Of a stretch of DNA of 51,452 bases, positions 38,937 through 46,965 are shown piece after piece. Source of the DNA: a virus (taxonomy: Duplodnaviria > Caudoviricetes); the IMG/VR virus record IMGVR_UViG_3300046171_000140, positions 1-51,452 of that record, one strand, 5' to 3'. Below the pieces are notes generated by a model. The model searched no databases, was not told where the DNA came from, and saw only the letters and a program-made list of their open reading frames with translations. The position numbers were made by a program, and so were the translations under genes. Position 1 is the stretch's first letter. Each line of letters begins with the position of its first letter.

Positions 38937-40650
38937 ACCAACTTTCTCCTATTTTATATTCTCCATTTAAAGGACATCTCATATTAAAATATTCTCCTGC
39001 TTTAACTATAGACTCTACTCCTAGAGTACCTACTGCTTCTGCTTGAGATTCTTTAACTTGTATCTGCCATTCATCATGGATGTTAGCTACAAACTTAGCA
39101 TCTAAAGTATTTAATTTAATTAAATTATCTAAAAGTTGCATAGCTTTCTTCATTACAATAGCACCTCCTCCTTGTAATAAAGTATTTAATGCAGCGTGTT
39201 CGCTTCTAACATATATTTTTCTACCATCTAATCCTTTTAAATATCCTCGTCTTGCAGCTTGTTGTACTTTAGTTGTAAGATTTTTAAGTGCAGGTAAGTT
39301 AGTAAGAAAAGTTTTCTTCAGTTTAGAACCACCTTCTTTACTCTCACCTATAATACTTCCTATCTTAGCATCACCTGCTCCATATACTAAAGCATAAATA
39401 AAAGTCTTAGCTTTATCTCTACTATCTAATCCTGCTAAGTCCTGATTAGTTGAATGAATATCACCATTAACTACTTCATGTATGTAATCTGTATCACCCA
39501 TGTAATGAGCTAGTACTCTTAGTTCAAGACCACTAGCATCAATACCAACTAATTTATAACCTTCAGGTACAATCCAACAAGAACGACACTCTTTACCATA
39601 AGGACTGTAAACAGCAGGTATTTGTGCCATGTTTGGACTGTAGTGAGACATGCGACCTGTTATAGTTCCATTTGGAATAACGTGACCATGTACTCTATCA
39701 TCTTTAAGTTCTTTCATCCATGAAGTTATCTGTGCTATACGCTTTTGTAATAATAAAAACTCAGCAATAAGTTTAGCTTCATGTATATGTTCAATCTTTT
39801 TAAGTGTACCTTCATCAACAATAGGTTGACCGGTAGGTGTAAATCTTTCTGGTTTCCATCCAAAGTCTGTTAAGTATTCACCAATTTGTTTACGACTACC
39901 AAGATTAAAATCTTGTAATTCTTTTCTCATAAAAGGTGTAATGTTATTAGTATCTACTCGTTCAGTATACTCTACATTAGTTAAGCCAGATTTAGAAAGC
40001 GTTCCATCTTTCTTAAGTTTAGGAATAACTTTCTTAACATCAACCCATTTAGGTTTGAATGTGCGATGAACTTCATCTTCTACTTCTACCATTCTATCTT
40101 TTAGTTTGGCTAGTAATAGTGTAGCTTCTTTTTCATTGAATAAGAATCCAGTTTTTTCTTGGTCATTAATTATTTTAGCAACATCATGTTCTAACGAAAG
40201 ACATTCATCACTAAAACCTCGACCTTCATCTAATAACTTTTTGTATACAACTTCATTTAATTGTACATCCCTAGTGCAATACTCTAGCATTTCAGGTGTA
40301 TAACTATCGAAGTCTTCTGGTTGTTCTTGTTTATGAAAGCCAACACGATAACCCCAAGTTTTTAAACTGTGTCCATTTTCACGAACAGGATTAAATAATC
40401 TTGACATAACTAAAGTATCTTCAATAGCACCATTGTATTTAAAATCTATTAGTCTTTCTAAAACTGGAATATCATAACCAATTATATTGTGTCCAATAAG
40501 TACATCAGCAGTTTGTAAAAACTCTTTGCCTTGTTCTAGCTGGTCAGGATTAAAAGTATGTGTAGTACCATCTAATTCTTTTGCAACTATACACCAGAGT
40601 TTAGTAGGTGTTAGCCCATCTGCTTCTATATCAAAAATAAGTTTCTTCAT
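38923..40650 (-). CDS. polA: DNA polymerase family A with 3'-5' exonuclease (Tyr762 type)
   Basis: DIE exo I, HN..GYD, TITGRM, DASGLELR, AKTFIYALVYG, IHDE motifs. Confidence 0.97.
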   Translation of the reverse strand: MKKLIFDIEADGLTPTKLWCIVAKELDGTTHTFNPDQLEQGKEFLQTADVLIGHNIIGYDIPVLERLIDFKYNGAIEDTLVMSRLFNPVRENGHSLKTWGYRVGFHKQEQPEDFDSYTPEMLEYCTRDVQLNEVVYKKLLDEGRGFSDECLSLEHDVAKIINDQEKTGFLFNEKEATLLLAKLKDRMVEVEDEVHRTFKPKWVDVKKVIPKLKKDGTLSKSGLTNVEYTERVDTNNITPFMRKELQDFNLGSRKQIGEYLTDFGWKPERFTPTGQPIVDEGTLKKIEHIHEAKLIAEFLLLQKRIAQITSWMKELKDDRVHGHVIPNGTITGRMSHYSPNMAQIPAVYSPYGKECRSCWIVPEGYKLVGIDASGLELRVLAHYMGDTDYIHEVVNGDIHSTNQDLAGLDSRDKAKTFIYALVYGAGDAKIGSIIGESKEGGSKLKKTFLTNLPALKNLTTKVQQAARRGYLKGLDGRKIYVRSEHAALNTLLQGGGAIVMKKAMQLLDNLIKLNTLDAKFVANIHDEWQIQVKESQAEAVGTLGVESIVKAGEYFNMRCPLNGEYKIGESWYETH

Positions 40651-42295
40651 TATCAAATGTCTCCGAGTCTGTTACTTCATATAATCTACCACTATTATTG
40701 TCGTATTGCAAAGTACATGCTAATCCTGTGTCTCCAGTATACCTAGACTTAAGTACTCTTACTTTAGTACGACTAGCTTCTTCTGGGTCTTTAGCTTGTT
40801 GATTTCTCTCAAGAGCAATCACACAATCAGACAGCTGAGAGATACCTTGTGAGCCTTTTAAGTGTGAGAGTGATACCTCAATACCTTGCTCATGTCCTTT
40901 CTCTCCTGCAGCTCTTCTTAAGTGTGATACTAATATCATACCTACATTAGTTTCTTCAACTAAACTACGAAGTTTATTCATAAGTGTATCAATACCTCTA
41001 CGTTCATCACCTTCTGATAAGATATTGACAAGCATGTGTAAGTGGTCAAGCACTACCCATTTACATTGACAACCAATAATCATATAACGAAGCTTAGAAA
41101 ATATTTCATCAATATCAGTAGCTCCTAAGTGAGCATGAATAAATACTCGGTCTTTCTCAATTACTTTATCAAAGAACTCATTGAGCTGTTCAGGTGTGTA
41201 CTTATCTCGTTTCTCATTAAGATATATTCTGTCATTAGCTTCAATAGATATTAAACCATCAGCAGTTCGTAACCAATTTTCTTCAAGGGCAACGATACCT
41301 ACATTGTCTTTAGTATTTTTAATAAGCCAATGCTCAAGCTCTCTAGTCACCGAAGACTTACCAAGTCCTGTACCACCTGTAAGTGTTACTAACTCACCTC
41401 GTCTTAGTCCATACAGTTTCTTATTAAGACCTTCCCAAGGATAAGCAATACTTTCTTTTGTCTCACGATTTAACCAATTACTTTTTTGTGCTGATAATTC
41501 CATGATACCAGAAGGAGTATATGTTTTAGCCTCCCACCATGCTTTAGTAAACTCAGAATATTTCTTTTGTCTAAGCATATCATTAGCATCTTTGTAACCA
41601 TTAGGTAGATTTATTATTTTAATCTTGCCGGGTTTTACTATACGAGCTACATTTTTAGCAGCTTCCTGTCCTGCCTTGTCATTATCAAAGCACAACACAA
41701 CTGTATCAAATGCCTCAACAAACTCAATACTTTCTCGTATATCTTTAACTGCACCTGCAGCACCACGCTTAAGTGATACGACTGCATACTTGCCTTGAAA
41801 TAATTCATCGACTGCCATAGCATCACATTCACCTTCTGTAATAGTTAAGTACTTACCTTTAGTATTACGATACATCTGTTCACCAAATAAACCAGTGCCT
41901 TCATATGTACCATTGCTAAAGAAACTTTTGTTATCTATAACTCTTGTTTTAGTACAAACAACTTCCGAACCATTGTAAAATGGATAGACATGTTTTTGTA
42001 TTTTATCTGCATGGTCGTTAATAATTTTAACACCAAACTTAATGGCAGTTTCTTTTGATATACCTCTATCTGTTAATGCTCCATAGATACCAGAATAAGA
42101 AGTTAAGAAAGTATTATTTTCTTTAGGTTTTATTACTGGTACTTTTATGTCTCCACTTTTCTCATAGTCTGGGAAAAATGTAGAACAACTAAAACAATAA
42201 GCTGAACCATCTTCATTCATTGATACTGCATCACTACTGCCACAACTATGACAAGGTAACTTATGTTTAATAAAAGTTGTTTTATTATGTTCCAT
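40631..42295 (-). CDS. T7 gp4-like primase-helicase
   Basis: Zn finger CHSC...CFSC, TOPRIM EGECD/FDND, Walker A GGTGLGKS, LDHL, SHL, LKSRYTG. Confidence 0.96.
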   Translation of the reverse strand: MEHNKTTFIKHKLPCHSCGSSDAVSMNEDGSAYCFSCSTFFPDYEKSGDIKVPVIKPKENNTFLTSYSGIYGALTDRGISKETAIKFGVKIINDHADKIQKHVYPFYNGSEVVCTKTRVIDNKSFFSNGTYEGTGLFGEQMYRNTKGKYLTITEGECDAMAVDELFQGKYAVVSLKRGAAGAVKDIRESIEFVEAFDTVVLCFDNDKAGQEAAKNVARIVKPGKIKIINLPNGYKDANDMLRQKKYSEFTKAWWEAKTYTPSGIMELSAQKSNWLNRETKESIAYPWEGLNKKLYGLRRGELVTLTGGTGLGKSSVTRELEHWLIKNTKDNVGIVALEENWLRTADGLISIEANDRIYLNEKRDKYTPEQLNEFFDKVIEKDRVFIHAHLGATDIDEIFSKLRYMIIGCQCKWVVLDHLHMLVNILSEGDERRGIDTLMNKLRSLVEETNVGMILVSHLRRAAGEKGHEQGIEVSLSHLKGSQGISQLSDCVIALERNQQAKDPEEASRTKVRVLKSRYTGDTGLACTLQYDNNSGRLYEVTDSETFDNEETYF

Positions 42296-42312
42296 ATTCT
42301 ATCTCCAAATAG

Positions 42313-42350
42313 AAAAAGCTAGACAAGAATTAAACCCCTGCCTAGCTTTT
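42313..42350 (-). terminator. Probable intrinsic terminator upstream of primase
   Basis: Minus-strand AGCTAGGCAGG...TCTTGTCTAGCT hairpin with T tract. Confidence 0.6.
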
Positions 42351-42364
42351 GTTAGTTAATAATA

Positions 42365-42613
42365 CTACTTTTCGTCAGAGGTTTCTCCTTCTTCTGTAGT
42401 ATCTTGTTCGACTAAAGCTTCTGGACTATCACCAAGCAACCTTTCTAAGTTAGCTCTATGAGTAGCCGATGCAAAGCTTAAAGCCTCAGTAATGACTTCT
42501 AAACTTCCAACTTTAGAAACTATAACTTTAGCTTCGTTTAGTTTTTGTTCATCTTCAATACTGTTGATGTTGTATGATAGCATACCCTCATCATTTTTTA
42601 TAGTAACTATCAT
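42365..42613 (-). CDS. Hypothetical acidic protein
   Basis: TAATG-coupled to the SSB gene. Confidence 0.65.
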   Translation of the reverse strand: MIVTIKNDEGMLSYNINSIEDEQKLNEAKVIVSKVGSLEVITEALSFASATHRANLERLLGDSPEALVEQDTTEEGETSDEK

Positions 42614-43029
42614 TAGAATTCTTCTCCATCACTCAATAGTTCATCACCATCTTGTGATTTGTAAGCTACTAAATCAATTACTTGAACAGCTTGTAAATCT
42701 AATCCTACATAAGGACCAAACTTACCTTCACCAGAATACTCATTGTATTGTACTCTGACTTTAGAGCCATTCCCAACAGCAACATTTAACTCTTGCTTGT
42801 CGGTATCAAGCAGTCTAGGTGCAGGTCTAACCATTCCGTTAGGACCATTCACTTTCCTCTTGATTACTACAGCAGAACCTTCGTCATGCTGTTTTATTTT
42901 ATGACCACGAGAAGCAAAGTCATTAGCAGTATCTTCATCAACTATTAAGTCAACTGTATATACTGGTTCGAACTTTGTGTTCGGAGTGGTTATACTTGCC
43001 CATTTTACTGAGCCTTCTAATATTGCCAT
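42613..43029 (-). CDS. ssb: Single-stranded DNA-binding protein (T7 gp2.5-like)
   Basis: VGNGSKVRV, LQAVQVIDL, acidic tail ending in Phe (DGEEF); next to primase. Confidence 0.85.
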   Translation of the reverse strand: MAILEGSVKWASITTPNTKFEPVYTVDLIVDEDTANDFASRGHKIKQHDEGSAVVIKRKVNGPNGMVRPAPRLLDTDKQELNVAVGNGSKVRVQYNEYSGEGKFGPYVGLDLQAVQVIDLVAYKSQDGDELLSDGEEF

Positions 43030-43064
43030 ATGTTTTCCTCCATTTATAGCTAATTAAAAAATTG

Positions 43065-43096
43065 TGAGAGTTGTGAGCTGACTACTCTCAAAGTCA
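43065..43096 (-). promoter_or_regulatory. H-type pseudoknot in the SSB leader (gene-32-like translational operator)
   Basis: S1 TGACT/AGTCA, 1-nt loop, S2 TGAGAGT/ACTCTCA, 7-nt loop; 35 nt before the ATG. Confidence 0.75.
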
Positions 43097-43191
43097 TGGT
43101 CTGAACCAAACCTTTGGGTTAATGGAGATAGAGGGCAGGTTACTCTTTGTTCCCTAAATTCTAATCTCAGTATACCACAGGTAAAAATAAT

Positions 43192-43452
43192 TTACAACCC
43201 CTGTGCTATAGTTGTTTCCTCCTTTATTAAATCTTCTTGTGCTTTTCTTTCTAAATCATCTACTGCATAAATTACTTCGTTTACTACATCTATTATATTA
43301 TCTTGTATTTGATTTATTTTTTCAAATCTTTTTTCTAAATAGGTTAGTCTGTAATCTAATTTTTTAATTTGATTATCATGCACTATTGTAAATGATGCAC
43401 TAATAATTAACATAAAACTAACTATTAATCCTATTGTTATTTTATATATCAT
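43192..43452 (-). CDS. TM-anchored coiled-coil hypothetical protein
   Basis: SD GAGG; N-terminal TM segment. Confidence 0.65.
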   Translation of the reverse strand: MIYKITIGLIVSFMLIISASFTIVHDNQIKKLDYRLTYLEKRFEKINQIQDNIIDVVNEVIYAVDDLERKAQEDLIKEETTIAQGL

Positions 43453-43462
43453 ACGTTACCTC

Positions 43463-43660
43463 TTATAATTTTATAGCTAATATAACTACTATTCCTAGCA
43501 GCAATATATTAGTCATAGCTAATTCAATTCCTAAAATAGTATGATACCATATCCATCTAGTTTTGTAAGCATTATCAATATTTAATTCTTCTGGGTCTGG
43601 GTCTTCTTCCCAAGTTCCTTTATCAGGATTAGACCATAATATTTTAAATATATTTTTCAT
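43463..43660 (-). CDS. Small membrane protein (NAYKTRWIWYHTIL motif)
   Basis: Motif seen in marine phages; C-terminal TM segment. Confidence 0.7.
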   Translation of the reverse strand: MKNIFKILWSNPDKGTWEEDPDPEELNIDNAYKTRWIWYHTILGIELAMTNILLLGIVVILAIKL

Positions 43661-43809
43661 CTTCCTTGTCCTCTATATTTTTTAAAACTTCTTCGTTTGT
43701 GTTTATTCATTGTACTTGTGCCTATATTTTTTTTATTTCCTTGACTAGTTTTTTTCCCACGACTACCAGTTTTAGAAATATGAATTGTTGTTTGTTTTTT
43801 TACTGCCAT
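43657..43809 (-). CDS. 50-aa basic peptide (KKYRGQGR), paralog B
   Basis: MAVKKQTTIHISKTGSRGKKTSQGNKKNIGTSTMNKHKRRSFKKYRGQGR. Confidence 0.8.
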   Translation of the reverse strand: MAVKKQTTIHISKTGSRGKKTSQGNKKNIGTSTMNKHKRRSFKKYRGQGR

Positions 43810-43976
43810 TATTTATCTTCTTTATCGTAGTAATAATCTCTCAAAAACTTTTCATTGTATTTGTAATACATTTTAAAATCTTTATATTCTTTTTCGCCAT
43901 ATTCTCTTCTTTCTTTACAATTAGCAATAAACATTCTTTCGCAAAACTCTCTAAATTTTACTTCATCATCAGTCAT
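43809..43976 (-). CDS. 55-aa hypothetical protein
   Basis: MTDDEVKFREFCERMFIANCKERREYGE...; SD GAGG; coupled on both sides. Confidence 0.7.
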   Translation of the reverse strand: MTDDEVKFREFCERMFIANCKERREYGEKEYKDFKMYYKYNEKFLRDYYYDKEDK

Positions 43977-44232
43977 TTTCTTTTCCTCGTGTTACTAAAT
44001 GAGAATAAATAAGCCCTTCATCATCTATTTTATTTCTTAATTCTTTTAAAATATTTATGTTACCATTAAATTCCCATTCTTTATTATCTTTTAATCTAGT
44101 AATTTTATATATATCTGATACTATATCTAAAGCTACTAAAGTATCTATAGCTTCTGAAGAATTATTAGCCCACAATTTTAATTTATCTTTCTTATTATCT
44201 ATTAAAACATTTCCTATATATTCATCTAACAT
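43969..44232 (-). CDS. Hypothetical protein
   Basis: SD AGGAG; operonic ORF. Confidence 0.65.
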   Translation of the reverse strand: MLDEYIGNVLIDNKKDKLKLWANNSSEAIDTLVALDIVSDIYKITRLKDNKEWEFNGNINILKELRNKIDDEGLIYSHLVTRGKEND

Positions 44233-44485
44233 TTATTATCTCCTGTAATTCCTCGTATGTATTAACATGAGGATATTTTTTTAATTTTTTTATTAACCAT
44301 CTGTCTGTCATAAACGACAAGTATCTAGTATTTGCTGACATAACATATTGTTCATCAGGTACATATGTATCTACATTATTTACATTAATATCTGTAGTAC
44401 TATCTTCTGGCATAATACTTTTTAACCATTGTACTTGTATTCTTTTTACTTTATTTTTTAACTTTTTATATTTAGTTCTGTTCAT
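44222..44485 (-). CDS. Hypothetical protein
   Basis: Operonic ORF. Confidence 0.65.
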   Translation of the reverse strand: MNRTKYKKLKNKVKRIQVQWLKSIMPEDSTTDINVNNVDTYVPDEQYVMSANTRYLSFMTDRWLIKKLKKYPHVNTYEELQEIINVR

Positions 44486-44486
44486 A

Positions 44487-44831
44487 TTAAAAAGTATGAA
44501 AAGTAAATGATGGTTCTACTTTAAATCCTTCTGGTAAAAAGGAAACTAAATCTTTTACTTCTTCTAAAGTAAACCTAACATCTGCTGAGTTTCCTTCATC
44601 ATCAGTACTTAAAATAAGTCCACGACCTGCAAACTCTCTATCATGAATAGCAAAGTATCTATTAGTATCATGAAGCAATCCTTCATCATCAACATACAAT
44701 GTATTATCTTCATCTACATCAACACAATCAAATGCTCTACATTCAATAAGTGTATAAAGTTCTTTATAGTTTCCTGTAACTACAACCTCTTTTATTGTTT
44801 CATCAAAGGGATTAATTAATATACCTTTCAT
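44487..44831 (-). CDS. DUF3846-like protein
   Basis: ILINPF...LYVDDEGL...FAGRGLI motif. Confidence 0.65.
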   Translation of the reverse strand: MKGILINPFDETIKEVVVTGNYKELYTLIECRAFDCVDVDEDNTLYVDDEGLLHDTNRYFAIHDREFAGRGLILSTDDEGNSADVRFTLEEVKDLVSFLPEGFKVEPSFTFHTF

Positions 44832-45091
44832 TTTCTTACTCCATATATTCCTGTTAATTTATCTTTAGTAGGATGTTCGGAATTTATAACACCCTCAAAA
44901 ATTTCTTTAGCTATTTTACTGGACTCCTCTTTGTCTGTCAAGACTGTTATAATTTTAACATTAGATAACTTAGGTTTCCAAGTTTTCCAAAATACTTTTT
45001 CTATTGGCTCAACATCCCAAGTCCATAATATATTTTTACCATTATAATTATAACCAAATTCTAAATTATATTTTTTAATAGCCATTTTCAT
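44828..45091 (-). CDS. Hypothetical protein
   Basis: Operonic ORF with WKTWKPK motif. Confidence 0.6.
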   Translation of the reverse strand: MKMAIKKYNLEFGYNYNGKNILWTWDVEPIEKVFWKTWKPKLSNVKIITVLTDKEESSKIAKEIFEGVINSEHPTKDKLTGIYGVRK

Positions 45092-45341
45092 GTTCCAATG
45101 TCAACCTATCTTGCATAGCCATGTGTTGTAAATCATCACTAGATACTGCATCAGCACAATGTTTAGATAAAAACTCAATAACTATTTCAGCTTTAGGTCT
45201 TAGACATTCAGAATCTATATAGTTTTCATATACATATTCTATACAATCAGATTCTAAATCTGGTCTATTAGGTAATACCCAAACATTATCTACATAAGTT
45301 TGAACTTCATCCATTATATTATCGTTTGCTTCGTTACTCAT
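45075..45341 (-). CDS. Hypothetical protein
   Basis: SD GGAG before ATG 45341 (MSNEAND). Confidence 0.6.
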   Translation of the reverse strand: MSNEANDNIMDEVQTYVDNVWVLPNRPDLESDCIEYVYENYIDSECLRPKAEIVIEFLSKHCADAVSSDDLQHMAMQDRLTLEHENGY

Positions 45342-45576
45342 TATATACTCCATCTATAATTAAATCTGATTCTGTTTCAATAACAACTCTAGCCCCACAA
45401 GAAAGAGCTGTCTTATCATTACCACTATAAGTTATTTTACTATTACCTAGTATCTGTACCTCATGACAGTAAGTATTTGTTTTACCTGCTTTAATTGTTA
45501 TTACTGGGTCATTAAGATTATTTTTTTTATTAGACCTTATCACATGTTGATTAACATGTATATATTTTTTACTCAT
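45334..45576 (-). CDS. Conserved phage protein (IHVNQH...LSCGARVVIET)
   Basis: Widely seen small phage family motif. Confidence 0.75.
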   Translation of the reverse strand: MSKKYIHVNQHVIRSNKKNNLNDPVITIKAGKTNTYCHEVQILGNSKITYSGNDKTALSCGARVVIETESDLIIDGVYNE

Positions 45577-45838
45577 AATCTACCTCTATTAAATTCCAAT
45601 CTCCATCATAATGTCTTTCATTTTCTGCCCATTTATAATCAGTACTATCACTTCCAATATAACCATCAACGTCAATAGACTTACCATTCTTTAAAAATAT
45701 ATAAAGCGTTGCCCATTTACCTACCTCAACTCTTTCTACATCTTCTAATTTAAAGCCTCTTGACTCTGCTATATCTTCCATATCCCAATGAAGAGTAGTA
45801 GAATAATCAGCTTCAATATTTATTATTTTATTTTTCAT
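45569..45838 (-). CDS. Hypothetical protein
   Basis: SD GAGG; operonic ORF. Confidence 0.6.
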   Translation of the reverse strand: MKNKIINIEADYSTTLHWDMEDIAESRGFKLEDVERVEVGKWATLYIFLKNGKSIDVDGYIGSDSTDYKWAENERHYDGDWNLIEVDYE

Positions 45839-45935
45839 TTTTTGCCCTCGTTATTTTTGGTTTAACTTTTTCAGGAAAAGGTTCTTGTCCTCTCCTAATT
45901 CTTTCCATCATTTGTATATGTTCTTTCATTGTCAT
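45828..45935 (-). CDS. 35-aa hypothetical peptide
   Basis: MTMKEHIQMMERIRRGQEPFPEKVKPKITRAKNEK; SD GAGG. Confidence 0.55.
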   Translation of the reverse strand: MTMKEHIQMMERIRRGQEPFPEKVKPKITRAKNEK

Positions 45936-45949
45936 ATTTATTTACCTCT

Positions 45950-46087
45950 TTAATAATCGTTATCATTGTATTTTACCATGCCTTGCTTGTCAAATTTTTT
46001 AGGTTCTTTAGATTGAATTAAAAAGATTGACATGATTGCAAGAGTAAATATTATTATACAAGTCATTAGTAATACTCCATCATTCAT
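45950..46087 (-). CDS. 45-aa membrane peptide (cassette gene 6)
   Basis: MNDGVLLMTCIIIFTLAIMSIFLIQSKEPKKFDKQGMVKYNDNDY; begins in the junction repeat. Confidence 0.65.
   Translation of the reverse strand: MNDGVLLMTCIIIFTLAIMSIFLIQSKEPKKFDKQGMVKYNDNDY
45965..45993 (-). promoter_or_regulatory. Sigma70-like promoter
   Basis: TTGACA (45993-88), 17-nt spacer, TACAAT (45970-65). Confidence 0.65.
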
Positions 46088-46284
46088 GCTTCCTCCTTTA
46101 TATGTCTTCCTTCCTCTATATATTTATCAGTATTTTCGTCATAAATATCCATAACTAGCCAATCTTCTATGTTTTCTTTTAAATTATTAATAGCTAATTC
46201 TTTTGCTTCTTCTACTGAGCAATCTATTGCCCAAATTGTAAAATCTGTGGTTATATCAACTCTAAGTTCTTGATATTTCTTCAT
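46084..46284 (-). CDS. Hypothetical protein (cassette gene 5)
   Basis: Starts and ends in the junction repeat; ends EEA. Confidence 0.7.
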   Translation of the reverse strand: MKKYQELRVDITTDFTIWAIDCSVEEAKELAINNLKENIEDWLVMDIYDENTDKYIEEGRHIKEEA

Positions 46285-46415
46285 GCTTCCTCCTTAATAT
46301 AAGTTAAACAATCGTTATCAATTAGTTCTTGTAAATAATTAATAACTTCTGCATCAGTAACTTGATAATCATTTTTATAATTATCAAACTCTAGTTCTAT
46401 AATTACTTTAGTCAT
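46281..46415 (-). CDS. 44-aa hypothetical protein (cassette gene 4)
   Basis: MTKVIIELEFDNYKNDYQVTDAEVINYLQELIDNDCLTYIKEEA. Confidence 0.7.
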   Translation of the reverse strand: MTKVIIELEFDNYKNDYQVTDAEVINYLQELIDNDCLTYIKEEA

Positions 46416-46597
46416 GCTTCCTCCTCTAAGTTATTTTCTATTATTGTTATCTGATTTTGTAAATGCTCAATGTCTTTTTGCAGTTCATTTAAATCTAATT
46501 CACAATTTAAAATATCAGCTTCACTAACAGCAATATCATCAAGCAAACAAGCAACAGATATACTTGCTTCTTTAACTGCTTCTAATAATTTCTTCAT
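46412..46597 (-). CDS. Acidic coiled-coil protein (cassette gene 3)
   Basis: Bounded by junction repeats. Confidence 0.7.
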   Translation of the reverse strand: MKKLLEAVKEASISVACLLDDIAVSEADILNCELDLNELQKDIEHLQNQITIIENNLEEEA

Positions 46598-46845
46598 GCT
46601 TCCTCCTGTTTCTTTTGTTGTTGTTTCTCATAGTTCAAGCGTTGCCATCTATCAGCATCGCCTAGTATTCCAACTGCAATAACATTTACTAAGTCTTCTA
46701 AAGTAAAACCTTCTCGAAGAGTTACTTTAGATGTTTCATAATCGTACTCACAAATATCATAAATTGCATTTTCCATACCATCTAATATACGCATAGCATC
46801 TGCACCTTTTTGTATATCATCTGAATCAAAACTTACAAAGCTCAT
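46594..46845 (-). CDS. Hypothetical protein (cassette gene 2)
   Basis: Start at ATG 46845 within the junction repeat (MSFVSFDS). Confidence 0.7.
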   Translation of the reverse strand: MSFVSFDSDDIQKGADAMRILDGMENAIYDICEYDYETSKVTLREGFTLEDLVNVIAVGILGDADRWQRLNYEKQQQKKQEEA

Positions 46846-46952
46846 ACTTCCTCCTTGTCGTAGCATTCTTGACATAAAAATACATGGCTAACCCTTGCTA
46901 CAATTTCAGGGTTGGCACAGTAATCACAAATTATTTTATCTTCTTCATTCAT
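46842..46952 (-). CDS. 36-aa zinc-finger peptide (cassette gene 1)
   Basis: MNEEDKIICDYCANPEIVARVSHVFLCQECYDKEEV; SD GAGGTG. Confidence 0.7.
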   Translation of the reverse strand: MNEEDKIICDYCANPEIVARVSHVFLCQECYDKEEV

Positions 46953-46965
46953 TTTGTCACCTCTA

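Larger units (their letters stand above)
46084..46855 (-). repeat. Five copies of the 14-nt junction AGGAGGAAG(C/T)ATGA
   Basis: At 46084-97, 46281-94, 46412-25, 46594-607 and 46842-55 (one C>T variant). Confidence 0.92.

Noticed and set aside
46027-46057. Plus-strand TTGACA...TATTAT antisense promoter
   Set aside because: Spacing is 16 or 19 nt, it lies inside a coding region, and such matches are expected by chance in AT-rich DNA.
46084-46855. Regularly recurring 14-nt repeats as a CRISPR array
   Set aside because: Repeats are too short, spacers are 117-234 nt and protein coding, and there is no cas operon.
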